Assembly (NCBI GenBank): GCA_964581635.1
Contig: CAZOPH010000003.1
Location: 3-64,002, forward strand
Direction: 5' to 3'
DNA from: an uncultured Smithella sp.
Lineage (GTDB): Bacteria; Desulfobacterota; Syntrophia; Syntrophales; Smithellaceae
DNA: 64,000 bases
In this document: positions 46,879 to 55,987 of the stretch, piece after piece
Position numbering within the stretch: position 1 is the stretch's first letter
Layout of the letters: the number at the start of each line of letters is the position of its first letter
The notes under the pieces: generated by a model
Told to the model about the DNA's origin: nothing
The model's input: only the letters and a program-made list of their open reading frames with translations
Databases searched by the model: none
Made by a program: the position numbers and the translations under genes

Positions 46879-47640
46879 TCAGGCAACCGTGAGCCCTTTC
46901 CCCCTCAGATAATCTTTGACGTCCTTAATTTTGAGCAGCCGGAAATGAAAAACAGAAGCGGCCAATAAAACACTGGCGCCTCCTTTGACGACCGCTTCAT
47001 AAAAATCTTCCAGTTTGCCCGCGCCGCCGGAGGCCACCACCGGCAGTGTAACAGCGGAAGAGATGGCTTTAGTAAAGGGAATATCATAGCCCGCCTTGGT
47101 ACCGTCTCCGTCCATACTGGTGGGCAAAATCACCCCTGCGCCCAGTTCCTGACAGGTTTTCGCCCAGGTCACCGCGTCTTTGGCAATGGGCAGTGTGCCA
47201 CCGGACACGACCAGTTCAAACCCGGAAGGCATCGCCACGTTTCTCTTCGCATCAATGGCTACGGTGATTTTCTCTGAGCCGTATTTTTTTGCCGCCTGGT
47301 TCACCAAGTCCGGATTTTTCACCGCCGCGCTGTTCATGGACACCTTGCTCGCTCCGGCGCCTAACACCATTTCGATATCCTCAATCGAAGAAATGCCGCC
47401 ACCAACCGTCAGCGGAATACTCAACACGGCCGAAACCTTCTTCACCCATTCTAAACGTGTCTTGCGGTTTTCCAGCGTGGCCGCAATGTCCAGCATGGCC
47501 AGTTCATCCGCGCCTTCAGCCTGATAAAACGAGGCGTTCTCCACCGGATCACCCGCTTCTTTAATATCGACAAAATGAACACCCTTCACTACCCTTCCGT
47601 TTTTCATATCCAGACAGGGCATGATTCTAATCGGTTCCAT
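46879..47640 (-). CDS. hisF: imidazole glycerol phosphate synthase cyclase subunit HisF
   Basis: RIMPCLDMKNGRVVKG, GADELAMLDI and GGGISS motifs. 253 aa. Confidence 0.9.
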   Translation of the reverse strand: MEPIRIMPCLDMKNGRVVKGVHFVDIKEAGDPVENASFYQAEGADELAMLDIAATLENRKTRLEWVKKVSAVLSIPLTVGGGISSIEDIEMVLGAGASKVSMNSAAVKNPDLVNQAAKKYGSEKITVAIDAKRNVAMPSGFELVVSGGTLPIAKDAVTWAKTCQELGAGVILPTSMDGDGTKAGYDIPFTKAISSAVTLPVVASGGAGKLEDFYEAVVKGGASVLLAASVFHFRLLKIKDVKDYLRGKGLTVA

Positions 47641-47852
47641 AAAAATCTCCTTTCAGATCAGAATAAAGAATTTGAACGGTAGCATTGCATCATTATTAAT
47701 TTGTAAACCGAACGTGTCAAATTTACAACCAAAATGTTCAAGAACAGGAACGGCAGGCAATCATTTTGTTCTATTTTTCTTTAATACTTGAAATGCAAAG
47801 CAATTTCGTTTAAATCATTTTGCAACCTATTCCATCATCAAAAGGAGCCGCT

Positions 47853-48821
47853 ATGATCAAAATGAAAGAAATAAAAGCAAGTCATATGAATGTGGAAAAA
47901 TTTATTGACGATCAGGTTCGCAAAATCCGCGAAGCCGTGGGCGACGGCCTGGCCATCAATGCCTTGTCCGGTGGCGTGGATTCCGCTGTCGTAACCGCCT
48001 TGGGACATAAGGCGCTGGGCAATCGTCTGAAAACCTATATCATCGACAATGGTATCATGCGGGAAAACGAACCAGCCAAAGTGGCAGCTGCCTTTAAAAA
48101 ACTGGGAATTAAGGTCACCGTAGTGGACGCGTCCAAGGCTTTTTTCGCCGCCCTTAAAGGAATTACCGATCCCGAAGAAAAAAGAGAAGCCATCACGCAA
48201 ACCTTTTATAAAAACGTCTTTGGCAAGCTGGTCATCAAAAGCAAAGCCCAGTACCTGCTGCAGGGCACCATTCTGACCGATGTGGATGAAACCGTCGCCG
48301 GCATTAAACGGCAGCATAATGTATTTGAGCAACTGGGCATCGATCCGCAAAAAGCCTTCGGATACAAAATTCTGGAGCCGCTCATCGAGCTGCGCAAGGA
48401 CGGTGTGCGCAAAGTCGGAGCAGGACTGGGACTGCCACCCGGCATGTTCGACCGGATACCCTTTCCCGGACCGGCGCTCGCCGCCCGCGTGATCGGCGAA
48501 GTCACGCCCGCAAAAATCGCCCTAATCCAGAAATCAACCGCCATTACTGAAGCAGCGCTCAAAGACGTCAAGGCGTTTCAGTACCTGGCTATTTTGCATG
48601 AAGACCGCGTAACAGGCATTCGCAAAAACAAAAGGGTTTTCGGCAACCAGATCGAAATCCGTTGTTGGAACAGTCTGGACGCGCGCACTGCAAGGCCCAC
48701 GAGGCTTTCATTTGATGTGCTGGAAAAGATCGCCGCAAAGATCACCCACGATATCCCCGAAGTCGTCAGCGTCACTTACAACATCACATCGAAACCAACA
48801 TCCACAATCGAAGCGATTTAA
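47853..48821 (+). CDS. GMP synthase ATP-pyrophosphatase (PP-loop) domain protein without a glutamine amidotransferase domain
   Basis: PP-loop SGGVDSAVV. KRQHNVFEQLG, FPGPALAARV and the C-terminal YNITSKPTSTIEAI are collinear with the GuaA C-terminal half. AAAGGAG SD before the ATG at 47853. Confidence 0.8.
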   Translation: MIKMKEIKASHMNVEKFIDDQVRKIREAVGDGLAINALSGGVDSAVVTALGHKALGNRLKTYIIDNGIMRENEPAKVAAAFKKLGIKVTVVDASKAFFAALKGITDPEEKREAITQTFYKNVFGKLVIKSKAQYLLQGTILTDVDETVAGIKRQHNVFEQLGIDPQKAFGYKILEPLIELRKDGVRKVGAGLGLPPGMFDRIPFPGPALAARVIGEVTPAKIALIQKSTAITEAALKDVKAFQYLAILHEDRVTGIRKNKRVFGNQIEIRCWNSLDARTARPTRLSFDVLEKIAAKITHDIPEVVSVTYNITSKPTSTIEAI

Positions 48822-48830
48822 GACGAAAAT

Positions 48831-48871
48831 CAGTGGCGGGAATGTTACCATACCGGAAATTCCCGCCACTG
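48831..48871 (+). other. 13-bp perfect hairpin with a 15-nt loop 3-prime of the guaA-like gene
   Basis: CAGTGGCGGGAAT - 15 nt - ATTCCCGCCACTG. No T-run follows, so it is not a canonical terminator. Confidence 0.4.
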
Positions 48872-48887
48872 CTGGAGAAATCGGAAC

Positions 48888-49040
48888 ATGGAAAGAAAGC
48901 CTCAAAACGGTCCTTTGCAGGGGATTCGCATTCTTGATCTGACCCGGCTCTACCCCGGGCCGCTGGGCACGATGATGCTTGCCGATATGGGGGCCGATGT
49001 CATCAAGATTGAGGATATGAACACACCGGCGTACAGGTGA
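48888..49040 (+). pseudogene. truncated remnant (first ~45 residues) of a family III CoA-transferase (CaiB/BaiF-like)
   Basis: GGAGAAA SD then an ATG. It encodes [43 protein letters not shown]..., which matches the conserved N-terminus of family III CoA-transferases. It stops after 50 codons instead of ~370-400. Confidence 0.6.
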
Positions 49041-49110
49041 ACAAAAATCATGATTCTCTGTTTTTGATACACTTGATATAATTGCGTAAAATTAACTGAC
49101 CATCATTCTT

Positions 49111-49142
49111 AAAATATCTGCAGGTCACTGCAGATATTTTTT
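49111..49142. terminator. bidirectional rho-independent terminator
   Basis: AAAATATCTGCAG - gtca - CTGCAGATATTTT(TT). The 13-bp stem is flanked by A and T runs. It abuts the stop of the minus-strand SDR gene. Confidence 0.6.
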
Positions 49143-49941
49143 ATCCCATCACCACGCCGCCATCGATACTGATGGCCTGGCCGGTAATACTACCGGCGTC
49201 ACCCGATGCCAGATAAGCCACCAGCCCGGCTATTTCTTCAACCGTCTGAGGCCTTCTCAGCGGAGTCACTGCTTTGACCCGCGCTTCAAAGATTTCCTGG
49301 AGACTTTTATCGGCCAGAGCCGGCTGGCTGTCCTTGAGCGCCTGCGCAAGTTTTTCCCACCCTGGCGTATAGACATATCCCGGACAGACAGCATTAACGG
49401 TGATGTTATAGCGCGCCAGTTCCTTAGCCAATACCTGTGTCAGACCGATCACGCCAAATTTGGCCGCGCAGTAGGACCCCAGAAGCGGCTCGCCGGATTT
49501 ACCCGAGACCGACGAAATACTGATCATGCGTCCTTGTTTCCTTGGAATCATTGCTTTGGCCACAGCACGGCAACTGAGATAGGCGCTTTTCAGATTCATC
49601 TCGATGGTCTTGTCCCAGTGCTCAACTTGCGATTGAACCACCAATGCGATCCCCGTGCCGCCGCCCACGTTATTGACCAAAATATCGATGACGCCGTACG
49701 CGTCAAGTGTCTTTTGAACCATAGCATCGACATCTTCCGGTTTTGTTGCATCACATGACACAAACAAACCATCTCCGCCTTTGTCTTTAATTTCGTCAAT
49801 AACTTTTTGCGCGGCTTCACCATTTAAATCCGCAACAATTACCCCTACCCCCTCGTCAGCCAGACGCATCGCAATGGCTTTGCCGATGCCGTTTCCCCCA
49901 CCCGTCACAATAGCAATCTTGTCATTTATCTTCAGATCCAT
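49141..49941 (-). CDS. SDR family oxidoreductase (FabG-like)
   Basis: TGGGNGIGKA cofactor motif, NNVG, and the YCAAK catalytic Tyr-x3-Lys. Confidence 0.85.
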   Translation of the reverse strand: MDLKINDKIAIVTGGGNGIGKAIAMRLADEGVGVIVADLNGEAAQKVIDEIKDKGGDGLFVSCDATKPEDVDAMVQKTLDAYGVIDILVNNVGGGTGIALVVQSQVEHWDKTIEMNLKSAYLSCRAVAKAMIPRKQGRMISISSVSGKSGEPLLGSYCAAKFGVIGLTQVLAKELARYNITVNAVCPGYVYTPGWEKLAQALKDSQPALADKSLQEIFEARVKAVTPLRRPQTVEEIAGLVAYLASGDAGSITGQAISIDGGVVMG

Positions 49942-50170
49942 AAATTCATACTCCTCAATACTTTTTTAAAATCTTTTTCAGCTTTTAACCGGCGATCTGA
50001 TTATACACGCATATGGCAAGATTTTCGTAAATATTTTAAGGACTGAGAGACGGTTTTTCAGGGAAACAAAAGTCCCATAAAATCTATAGGCATTTCTTGA
50101 TATACATCTTGGATTATTGTATGCATTGAAAAGAAAATCGATTCATTATCAGCAGGAGAGTATTACGCAA

Positions 50171-51808
50171 ATGGAACCAAACAAACATACCAACGAGACG
50201 ACAACAACAAGCGCATCCACCGAAAATCAGCACACCGATCAAAACCCGATCCGCACGGACCTGGCCGAAATGATCAAAAGGCAATCTTTCGGCACGGATG
50301 AAAACCGACCCGATGCGGTGAGAAAAAGAAAACAAAAAAACCAGCGCACGGCACGTGCGAACATTAAGGACTTATGCGATCCAGACAGTTTCATCGAATA
50401 TGGGGCGTTGGCGATTGCCGCTCAACGCACAAGACGATCCGTCGACGATTTGATTGCCAAGACACCGGCCGATGGCATGATTGCAGGTGTTGCCTTCGTC
50501 AACGGCGTGCTTTTCCCCGAAGACAAGACGCGCTGCATGATCCTGGCATATGACTATACTGTTTTGGCCGGTACCCAGGGGTTTTTCAATCATAAAAAAA
50601 TGGACCGGATGCTGAAGCTGGCCTATGAGCAGCGCCTGCCGTTAGTCTTCTTCGGCGAAGGTGGCGGCGGAAGACCTGGCGACGTTGATGCGACAGGCGT
50701 TATGGTGGCGGGACTCGATTTAGGAACGTTCGCTTCGTTTGCAAGACTAAGCGGTCATGTGCCGGTCGTAGGCGTCGTATCCGGCCCCTGCTTTGCGGGA
50801 AACGCTGCGCTTCTGGGCTGCTGCGACGTCATCATCGCGACAACGAATTCCAATATCGGTATGGGCGGCCCGGTTATGATTGAAGGCGGAGGCCTGGGTG
50901 TTTTCAAACCGGAGGAAGTCGGCCCAATGGACGTTCAAACACAAAACGGTGTGGTCGATATTGAAGTAGCTGACGATGTGGAAGCAGTTGCCACAGCTAA
51001 AAAATATCTTTCTTATTTTCAGGGCGCAACATCTTCCTGGGAAGCAGGCGATCCCATTCGCCTTCGTAATCTCATTCCGGAGAGCCGTAAGCGCGCTTAT
51101 AACGTTCGCAACGTTATCAAAGCCATCGCCGACACGAACACTTTTCTGGAGCTCAGGCCCAAATTCGGCCCCGGTATGGTAACGGGACTGCTGCGCATAG
51201 AAGGACGGCCCTTCGGCGTCATCGCCAACAACCCCATGCACATGGCCGGCGCCATTGAAGCGGAAGGCGCGGACAAGGTCGCTCGCGTAATGCAGATCTG
51301 CAATGCACATGGCCTGCCGGTTCTGTCGCTGTGCGATACCCCAGGTTTTATGGTTGGGCCGGAGATCGAAAAACGCGCGCAGGTGCGCCATGTTTGTCGT
51401 ATGTTCGTTATCGGCTCTCACATCACCGTACCTTATTTTACCATTGTATTGCGCAGGGGATATGGTCTCGGCGCCATGGCCATGGCCAAAGGCGGGTTTC
51501 ATGAATCGTTCTTTACAGCGGCCTGGCCCACCGGAGAATTCGGCGGAATGGGCCTAGAAGGCGCGGTAAAAGCCGGTTTCAAGAAAGAGCTGGCCGCCGT
51601 GGAAGATCCACAAAAACGCGAAGAACTCTACGAATTCCTGGTTGCCCAGCTGTATGAAAGGGGTAAGGCCATCAACATGGCATCCTACCTCGAAATCGAC
51701 GCGGTCATCGACCCGGCCGATACCCGCAAGTGGATTCTGCAGGGGTTGAATTCCGTTCCCGCCCGTCAGCCTCAGGATGTCCGGCATTCTTTCGTTGATC
51801 CTTGGTAA
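50171..51808 (+). CDS. acyl-CoA carboxylase carboxyltransferase (beta) subunit family protein
   Basis: The two carboxyltransferase halves are recognisable (AYDYTVLAGTQG, GPCFAGNAALLG, PVLSLCDTPGFMVGP). I prefer the ATG at 50171 over the TTG at 50117. Confidence 0.85.
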   Translation: MEPNKHTNETTTTSASTENQHTDQNPIRTDLAEMIKRQSFGTDENRPDAVRKRKQKNQRTARANIKDLCDPDSFIEYGALAIAAQRTRRSVDDLIAKTPADGMIAGVAFVNGVLFPEDKTRCMILAYDYTVLAGTQGFFNHKKMDRMLKLAYEQRLPLVFFGEGGGGRPGDVDATGVMVAGLDLGTFASFARLSGHVPVVGVVSGPCFAGNAALLGCCDVIIATTNSNIGMGGPVMIEGGGLGVFKPEEVGPMDVQTQNGVVDIEVADDVEAVATAKKYLSYFQGATSSWEAGDPIRLRNLIPESRKRAYNVRNVIKAIADTNTFLELRPKFGPGMVTGLLRIEGRPFGVIANNPMHMAGAIEAEGADKVARVMQICNAHGLPVLSLCDTPGFMVGPEIEKRAQVRHVCRMFVIGSHITVPYFTIVLRRGYGLGAMAMAKGGFHESFFTAAWPTGEFGGMGLEGAVKAGFKKELAAVEDPQKREELYEFLVAQLYERGKAINMASYLEIDAVIDPADTRKWILQGLNSVPARQPQDVRHSFVDPW

Positions 51809-51839
51809 GAGTATAGAAACCGTGAGACTGGGACGCATT

Positions 51840-52709
51840 TCAGCACCCCAGTTCTTCATAGAGCATCATAACCGTATTCACATAGACATCGCTGCGATTA
51901 TAGTACCAGATCGCCTTGCGCTTTTGCTCAAGGGAAGCATCCTCCCGCCAACCGTATTTTTTCAAATAACATCCCATGCTGAGGATCGTGTCCGCCAAGT
52001 TAAAGGGGCTGGCCGTACCGTCACTGTCACCGTCAATCCCGAAAATCCAGAAAGAAGAAGGTATAAATTGCGCCGGTCCCAATGCCCCGGAAAATGATCC
52101 GGTCATGGTCAATGGGTCGATACCCAAGTGATTGGCGATATAAACAAGATAACACAACTCGCTCACCGCCCACTTCGCTTTTCGTTTCGCTCGGGTAAGG
52201 GTTGCTTCGTCATAAAGCTGCGGATAAGCATGTGCATAAAGCTCCTGGAGTTCTTTCCAATAACCTGGATCCAACACAAAGGCCAGATTGACGTAAGCGT
52301 TAACCACATTATAGCGCATCGGATAGGCTCCCAGCCTCGACTCGATAATAAGAATGGCCGTGATAATCTGGGACGATGCGCCAAAACGACTTTTCACAAC
52401 GGATAAAACGTCGGCATGCTTTTTCATAAAATCTCTTCCCCGTCTGATTTGCCGCTGATCAACCTCCATGATCTCAGGTTTCCTGGCTGTTCCTTTGGCA
52501 CTGGAAAAGAAAAGATTTTTTATGACGATATCCGAACGGATAGATATGCGGGGATCTTGCATGATACTTTGCGCCTGGGAAGGATCGAGCCCTTCCGCAA
52601 TCAACAATTCTTCGACCAGCTGTCGCTGTGGTTCGTTAGCAAAGCCGAAAGACACAGATAAAAATAAAACATTGATGACGATGATTAAATAGAGAAAATT
52701 TCTTTGCAC
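51840..52709 (-). CDS. lytic murein transglycosylase (MltB/SLT_2-like)
   Basis: Signal peptide, the ILIIESRLG catalytic Glu context, and GALGPAQFIPSSF. Confidence 0.8.
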   Translation of the reverse strand: MQRNFLYLIIVINVLFLSVSFGFANEPQRQLVEELLIAEGLDPSQAQSIMQDPRISIRSDIVIKNLFFSSAKGTARKPEIMEVDQRQIRRGRDFMKKHADVLSVVKSRFGASSQIITAILIIESRLGAYPMRYNVVNAYVNLAFVLDPGYWKELQELYAHAYPQLYDEATLTRAKRKAKWAVSELCYLVYIANHLGIDPLTMTGSFSGALGPAQFIPSSFWIFGIDGDSDGTASPFNLADTILSMGCYLKKYGWREDASLEQKRKAIWYYNRSDVYVNTVMMLYEELGC

Positions 52710-52987
52710 TCTTCCACCTTTGCTTGTGTTCTCTCCAACAAGATTTACTATTATATCCTACATTTCGGAGTCTGCTTTATGCAAGCGACTTTATTAGCGC
52801 TTACATTCCTTGATTAGCCTTATAAACCCCGTCGTCTGCTTTTTTTCGGGATTCCCGGATCGGCTAAATGTTTTCCCATATCGCATTCACTTCTTCCTTC
52901 CAAGAAGGAAATAATTCAAGTGATATAAATAGATTAACATCATTTGTGGATGTCTTTGGAAAATATTTATGAGACAGCTAAATTTTA

Positions 52988-53016
52988 TTGACAAACAGGT
53001 GTAATTTGTCTATAAG
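52988..53016 (+). promoter_or_regulatory. putative sigma-70 promoter of the rplU-rpmA operon
   Basis: TTGACA - 17 nt - TATAAG, 33 nt upstream of the rplU ATG. Confidence 0.5.
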
Positions 53017-53048
53017 TTTCAACCTTAACGTCAACTAAGGATAAGTAT

Positions 53049-53360
53049 ATGTACGCAATCATAAAAACAGGATCAAAACAACACAAGGTCAGCGAGGGTG
53101 ATGTCCTATTGGTCGAAAAACTGACTGGAGACAAAGGAACCGAGGTTGTTTTTAATGAAGTTCTGATGGTGTCGGATGATAAAACCGTGAAAGTCGGCAA
53201 GCCTTTCGTGGAAGGCGCCAAAGTTACAGGCGAAGTCGTCGCTCAGACGAAAGGTCCGAAACTGATTATCGGTAAAATGAAACGCCGAAAGGGATTTCGC
53301 AAAAAGACCGGGCATCGCCAGGCATTAACCAGTATGAAAATAAAGAATATTTCGATATAG
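53049..53360 (+). CDS. rplU: 50S ribosomal protein L21
   Basis: [19 protein letters not shown]-terminus. 103 aa. Confidence 0.95.
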   Translation: MYAIIKTGSKQHKVSEGDVLLVEKLTGDKGTEVVFNEVLMVSDDKTVKVGKPFVEGAKVTGEVVAQTKGPKLIIGKMKRRKGFRKKTGHRQALTSMKIKNISI

Positions 53361-53372
53361 GCGGAGGACATC

Positions 53373-53630
53373 ATGGCACATAAAAAAGGTCAGGGAAGCT
53401 CCCGCAACGGTAGAGACTCCAATGCGCAAAGACGCGGCGTCAAAGTTTATGGCGGCCAGAGCATCAATGCGGGATCCATTATCGTGCGGCAGGTAGGAAC
53501 CAAAATTCATCCGGGCAACAACGTCGGCCTGGGCAAGGATTTTACACTTTTCGCGCTTATCAATGGCGTCGTGAAATATGAGAGACTTGATAAAACTCGA
53601 AAAAAGGTTAGCGTTTACGCCGCGGCCTAA
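53373..53630 (+). CDS. rpmA: 50S ribosomal protein L27
   Basis: [25 protein letters not shown]-terminus. 85 aa. Confidence 0.95.
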   Translation: MAHKKGQGSSRNGRDSNAQRRGVKVYGGQSINAGSIIVRQVGTKIHPGNNVGLGKDFTLFALINGVVKYERLDKTRKKVSVYAAA

Positions 53631-53653
53631 ACCGGCGACTCAAGATTGAATAC

Positions 53654-53686
53654 AAAAAGGCGCTTAGACGATAAGCGCCTTTTTTT
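53654..53686 (+). terminator. rho-independent terminator after rpmA
   Basis: AGGCGCTTA - gacga - TAAGCGCCT followed by TTTTTT. Confidence 0.65.
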
Positions 53687-53697
53687 CTTGCACTCTT

Positions 53698-53726
53698 GTA
53701 GGGAACGGTTCCAAACCGTTCCCTAC
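53698..53726 (+). repeat. second, 13-bp perfect palindromic hairpin (REP-like) just upstream of obg
   Basis: GTAGGGAACGGTT-cca-AACCGTTCCCTAC followed by TTTGGTTTTGG. There is a single copy in this window. Confidence 0.4.
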
Positions 53727-53753
53727 TTTGGTTTTGGCATCAGGGAAAATAAA

Positions 53754-54776
53754 ATGAAGTTTGTGGATGAAGCAAAAATATTTGTAAAGGGCGGACATGG
53801 TGGACCAGGCTGCGTGAGTTTCCGACGGGAAAAGTTTGTCCCCAAGGGCGGACCGGATGGCGGAGACGGCGGCAAGGGTGGCAATGTGATTTTACGCGCA
53901 GCGCGAAGCCACCACACCCTGCTGGATTTAAAATACCAGCAGCATCACATGGCCAAAAACGGCGGCCACGGCTCCGGCAACAACCGCACCGGCCGCAGCG
54001 CGGAGGACCTGGAGGTTATTGTTCCACCCGGAACCATTGTGAAAGATTTTGAAACCAGTGAAATCCTGGCTGATCTATCCGAACTGGGACAAACCTTTAT
54101 CGTAGCTAAGGGGGGCATCGGTGGTAAGGGCAATGCCCATTTTACAACTTCAACACACCAAACACCCCGCTTCGCTCAGGAAGGAATGGAAGGCGAGGAA
54201 CGCTGGCTCAAGATGGAGCTCAAACTGCTGGCGGATGTCGGTCTCATCGGTTTTCCCAACGCGGGAAAGTCCACGTTTATCTCGCGGGTCTCTGCAGCCA
54301 AACCCAAAATTGCCGACTATCCTTTCACCACCCTGACACCGCATCTGGGCGTGGTCAAATACGCGGACAGCCGAAGCTTTGTTATGGCCGACATTCCCGG
54401 TCTAATTGCCGGGGCGCACGAAGGACAAGGCATGGGTATTCAGTTTCTTAAACACGTGGAAAGAACTTCTTTGCTTTTTCACATCATTGATATTTCCATA
54501 GAACCGGATATCGACGCGTGGAAAAATTTCACAGCCATTAATGATGAACTCGGACACTACAATCCACAGCTCCTGGATAAACCGCAAATCGTGGCCATCA
54601 ACAAAATTGATCTTCCTTACGTAAAAGCTCGGGTCAAAAAAGAAGTTGCGCGATTCAAAAAAAAAGGGATAATGCTGCATGCGTTTTCTGCTGTAACCGG
54701 CGAAGGAACACAGGAAATTATAAAATTAATGGTTACTCTGTTAAGCAAAACGGACATCCCGGATGATCACGAATAG
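53754..54776 (+). CDS. obg: GTPase ObgE/CgtA
   Basis: MKFVDEAKIFVKGGHGGPGCVSFRREKF N-terminus. G motifs GFPNAGKST, DIPGLI and NKID. The ORF-track start at 53646 runs through the terminator hairpins, so I rejected it. Confidence 0.95.
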   Translation: MKFVDEAKIFVKGGHGGPGCVSFRREKFVPKGGPDGGDGGKGGNVILRAARSHHTLLDLKYQQHHMAKNGGHGSGNNRTGRSAEDLEVIVPPGTIVKDFETSEILADLSELGQTFIVAKGGIGGKGNAHFTTSTHQTPRFAQEGMEGEERWLKMELKLLADVGLIGFPNAGKSTFISRVSAAKPKIADYPFTTLTPHLGVVKYADSRSFVMADIPGLIAGAHEGQGMGIQFLKHVERTSLLFHIIDISIEPDIDAWKNFTAINDELGHYNPQLLDKPQIVAINKIDLPYVKARVKKEVARFKKKGIMLHAFSAVTGEGTQEIIKLMVTLLSKTDIPDDHE

Positions 54777-55920
54777 CTATCGTCAAAATATACTGACTCA
54801 TACCAAAAAAATACTTGTCAAAATCGGCTCGGCAGTGCTCACCGGCGCAGATGGCCTGGATTTGAAAATCATCGATTCCCTGGCTCAGGAAATGTGCGAT
54901 ATGACACGCAGAGGCTTCTCAATCGTCCTGGTCACCTCCGGGGCTATCGCGTCGGGTAAACATCGTCTGAACATCTCGGGCAAACTGAGGAGCATTCCTG
55001 AAAAACAGGCGGCAGCGGCCGTCGGCCAGGGAAGGCTCATGCGAATTTATTCTAAATCCTTTGAAAAAAACAATTTGTATGTTGCCCAGATTCTGCTGAC
55101 CCTCGCAGACCTGACCGACCGGCAGAGATACCTGAACATCCGTAACACGATTTCCACGCTGATGGAATGGCACGTCACACCGATCATCAATGAAAATGAC
55201 TCCGTCGCCGTCGATGAAATCAAATTCGGCGACAACGACAATCTCGCCGCAATGATCGCCAATGTCATCGAGGCGGATTTATTTATCAACTTAACCGCAA
55301 CCGACGGACTTTACGACTGCAACCCGTCGCAATTCAAAAAAGCAAAGCTCATCCCGCTCGTTTGCGAGATCACCGACGAAATCGAAGCTGCCGCGACCAC
55401 AGAGACGTCGTCCGTCGGCACGGGCGGCATGAAAAGCAAGATTATTGCAGCCAAAAAAGTTACGTCCATCGGTATTCCCTGCATCATCGCGCCGGGAAAA
55501 AGAAAAAATATTCTTTCGGATATTATGCTGGGAAAAGAAGTCGGCACGTTGTTTTTGCCGCAAACTTCACGCCTCGCGAGCAGGAAATACTGGATTGCAT
55601 TTACACTGCGTCCCCGCGGAAGATTGATCGTGGATGACGGCGCAAAGAAAGCGTTGCTGGAAAAAGGCAAAAGCCTTCTACCCTCCGGCATTACCGCCGT
55701 GGAGGGAGAGTTTGCCACAGGCGATCCCGTTAACTGCCTTGACCGTGAGGGAAATCTCCTGGCCAAGGGGCTTGTCAATTACAGCGCCGGTGACATCAGC
55801 AAGATTATGGGATTGAAAACACCACAGATATTATCCGTTCTGGGTCACAAAGATTATGATGAAGTCATCCACCGGGATAATCTGGTCATCTCCGGGGATA
55901 TCAAGAAAAACAAAAGCTGA
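54763..55920 (+). CDS. proB: glutamate 5-kinase (with C-terminal PUA domain)
   Basis: LVKIGSAVLT, GDNDNLAA and the C-terminal PUA-like GDPV...GLVNY motifs. 385 aa. Confidence 0.9.
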   Translation: MITNSYRQNILTHTKKILVKIGSAVLTGADGLDLKIIDSLAQEMCDMTRRGFSIVLVTSGAIASGKHRLNISGKLRSIPEKQAAAAVGQGRLMRIYSKSFEKNNLYVAQILLTLADLTDRQRYLNIRNTISTLMEWHVTPIINENDSVAVDEIKFGDNDNLAAMIANVIEADLFINLTATDGLYDCNPSQFKKAKLIPLVCEITDEIEAAATTETSSVGTGGMKSKIIAAKKVTSIGIPCIIAPGKRKNILSDIMLGKEVGTLFLPQTSRLASRKYWIAFTLRPRGRLIVDDGAKKALLEKGKSLLPSGITAVEGEFATGDPVNCLDREGNLLAKGLVNYSAGDISKIMGLKTPQILSVLGHKDYDEVIHRDNLVISGDIKKNKS

Positions 55921-55987
55921 ACCAACAATAGAGAATCCTGTCCCAAGACCGGCGCTACCTGGCGTCTTCAAACAAGGAGGATTAAAA

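Noticed and set aside
53646-53753. N-terminal extensions proposed by the ORF track (obg from 53646). The same issue affects lemA from 55856, the polymerase from 17612, bamD from 1241, hbd from 13993 and the methyltransferase from 46846.
   Set aside because: The extensions run through terminators or neighbouring genes and lack an SD. Internal starts coincide with canonical family N-termini and good SD sequences.
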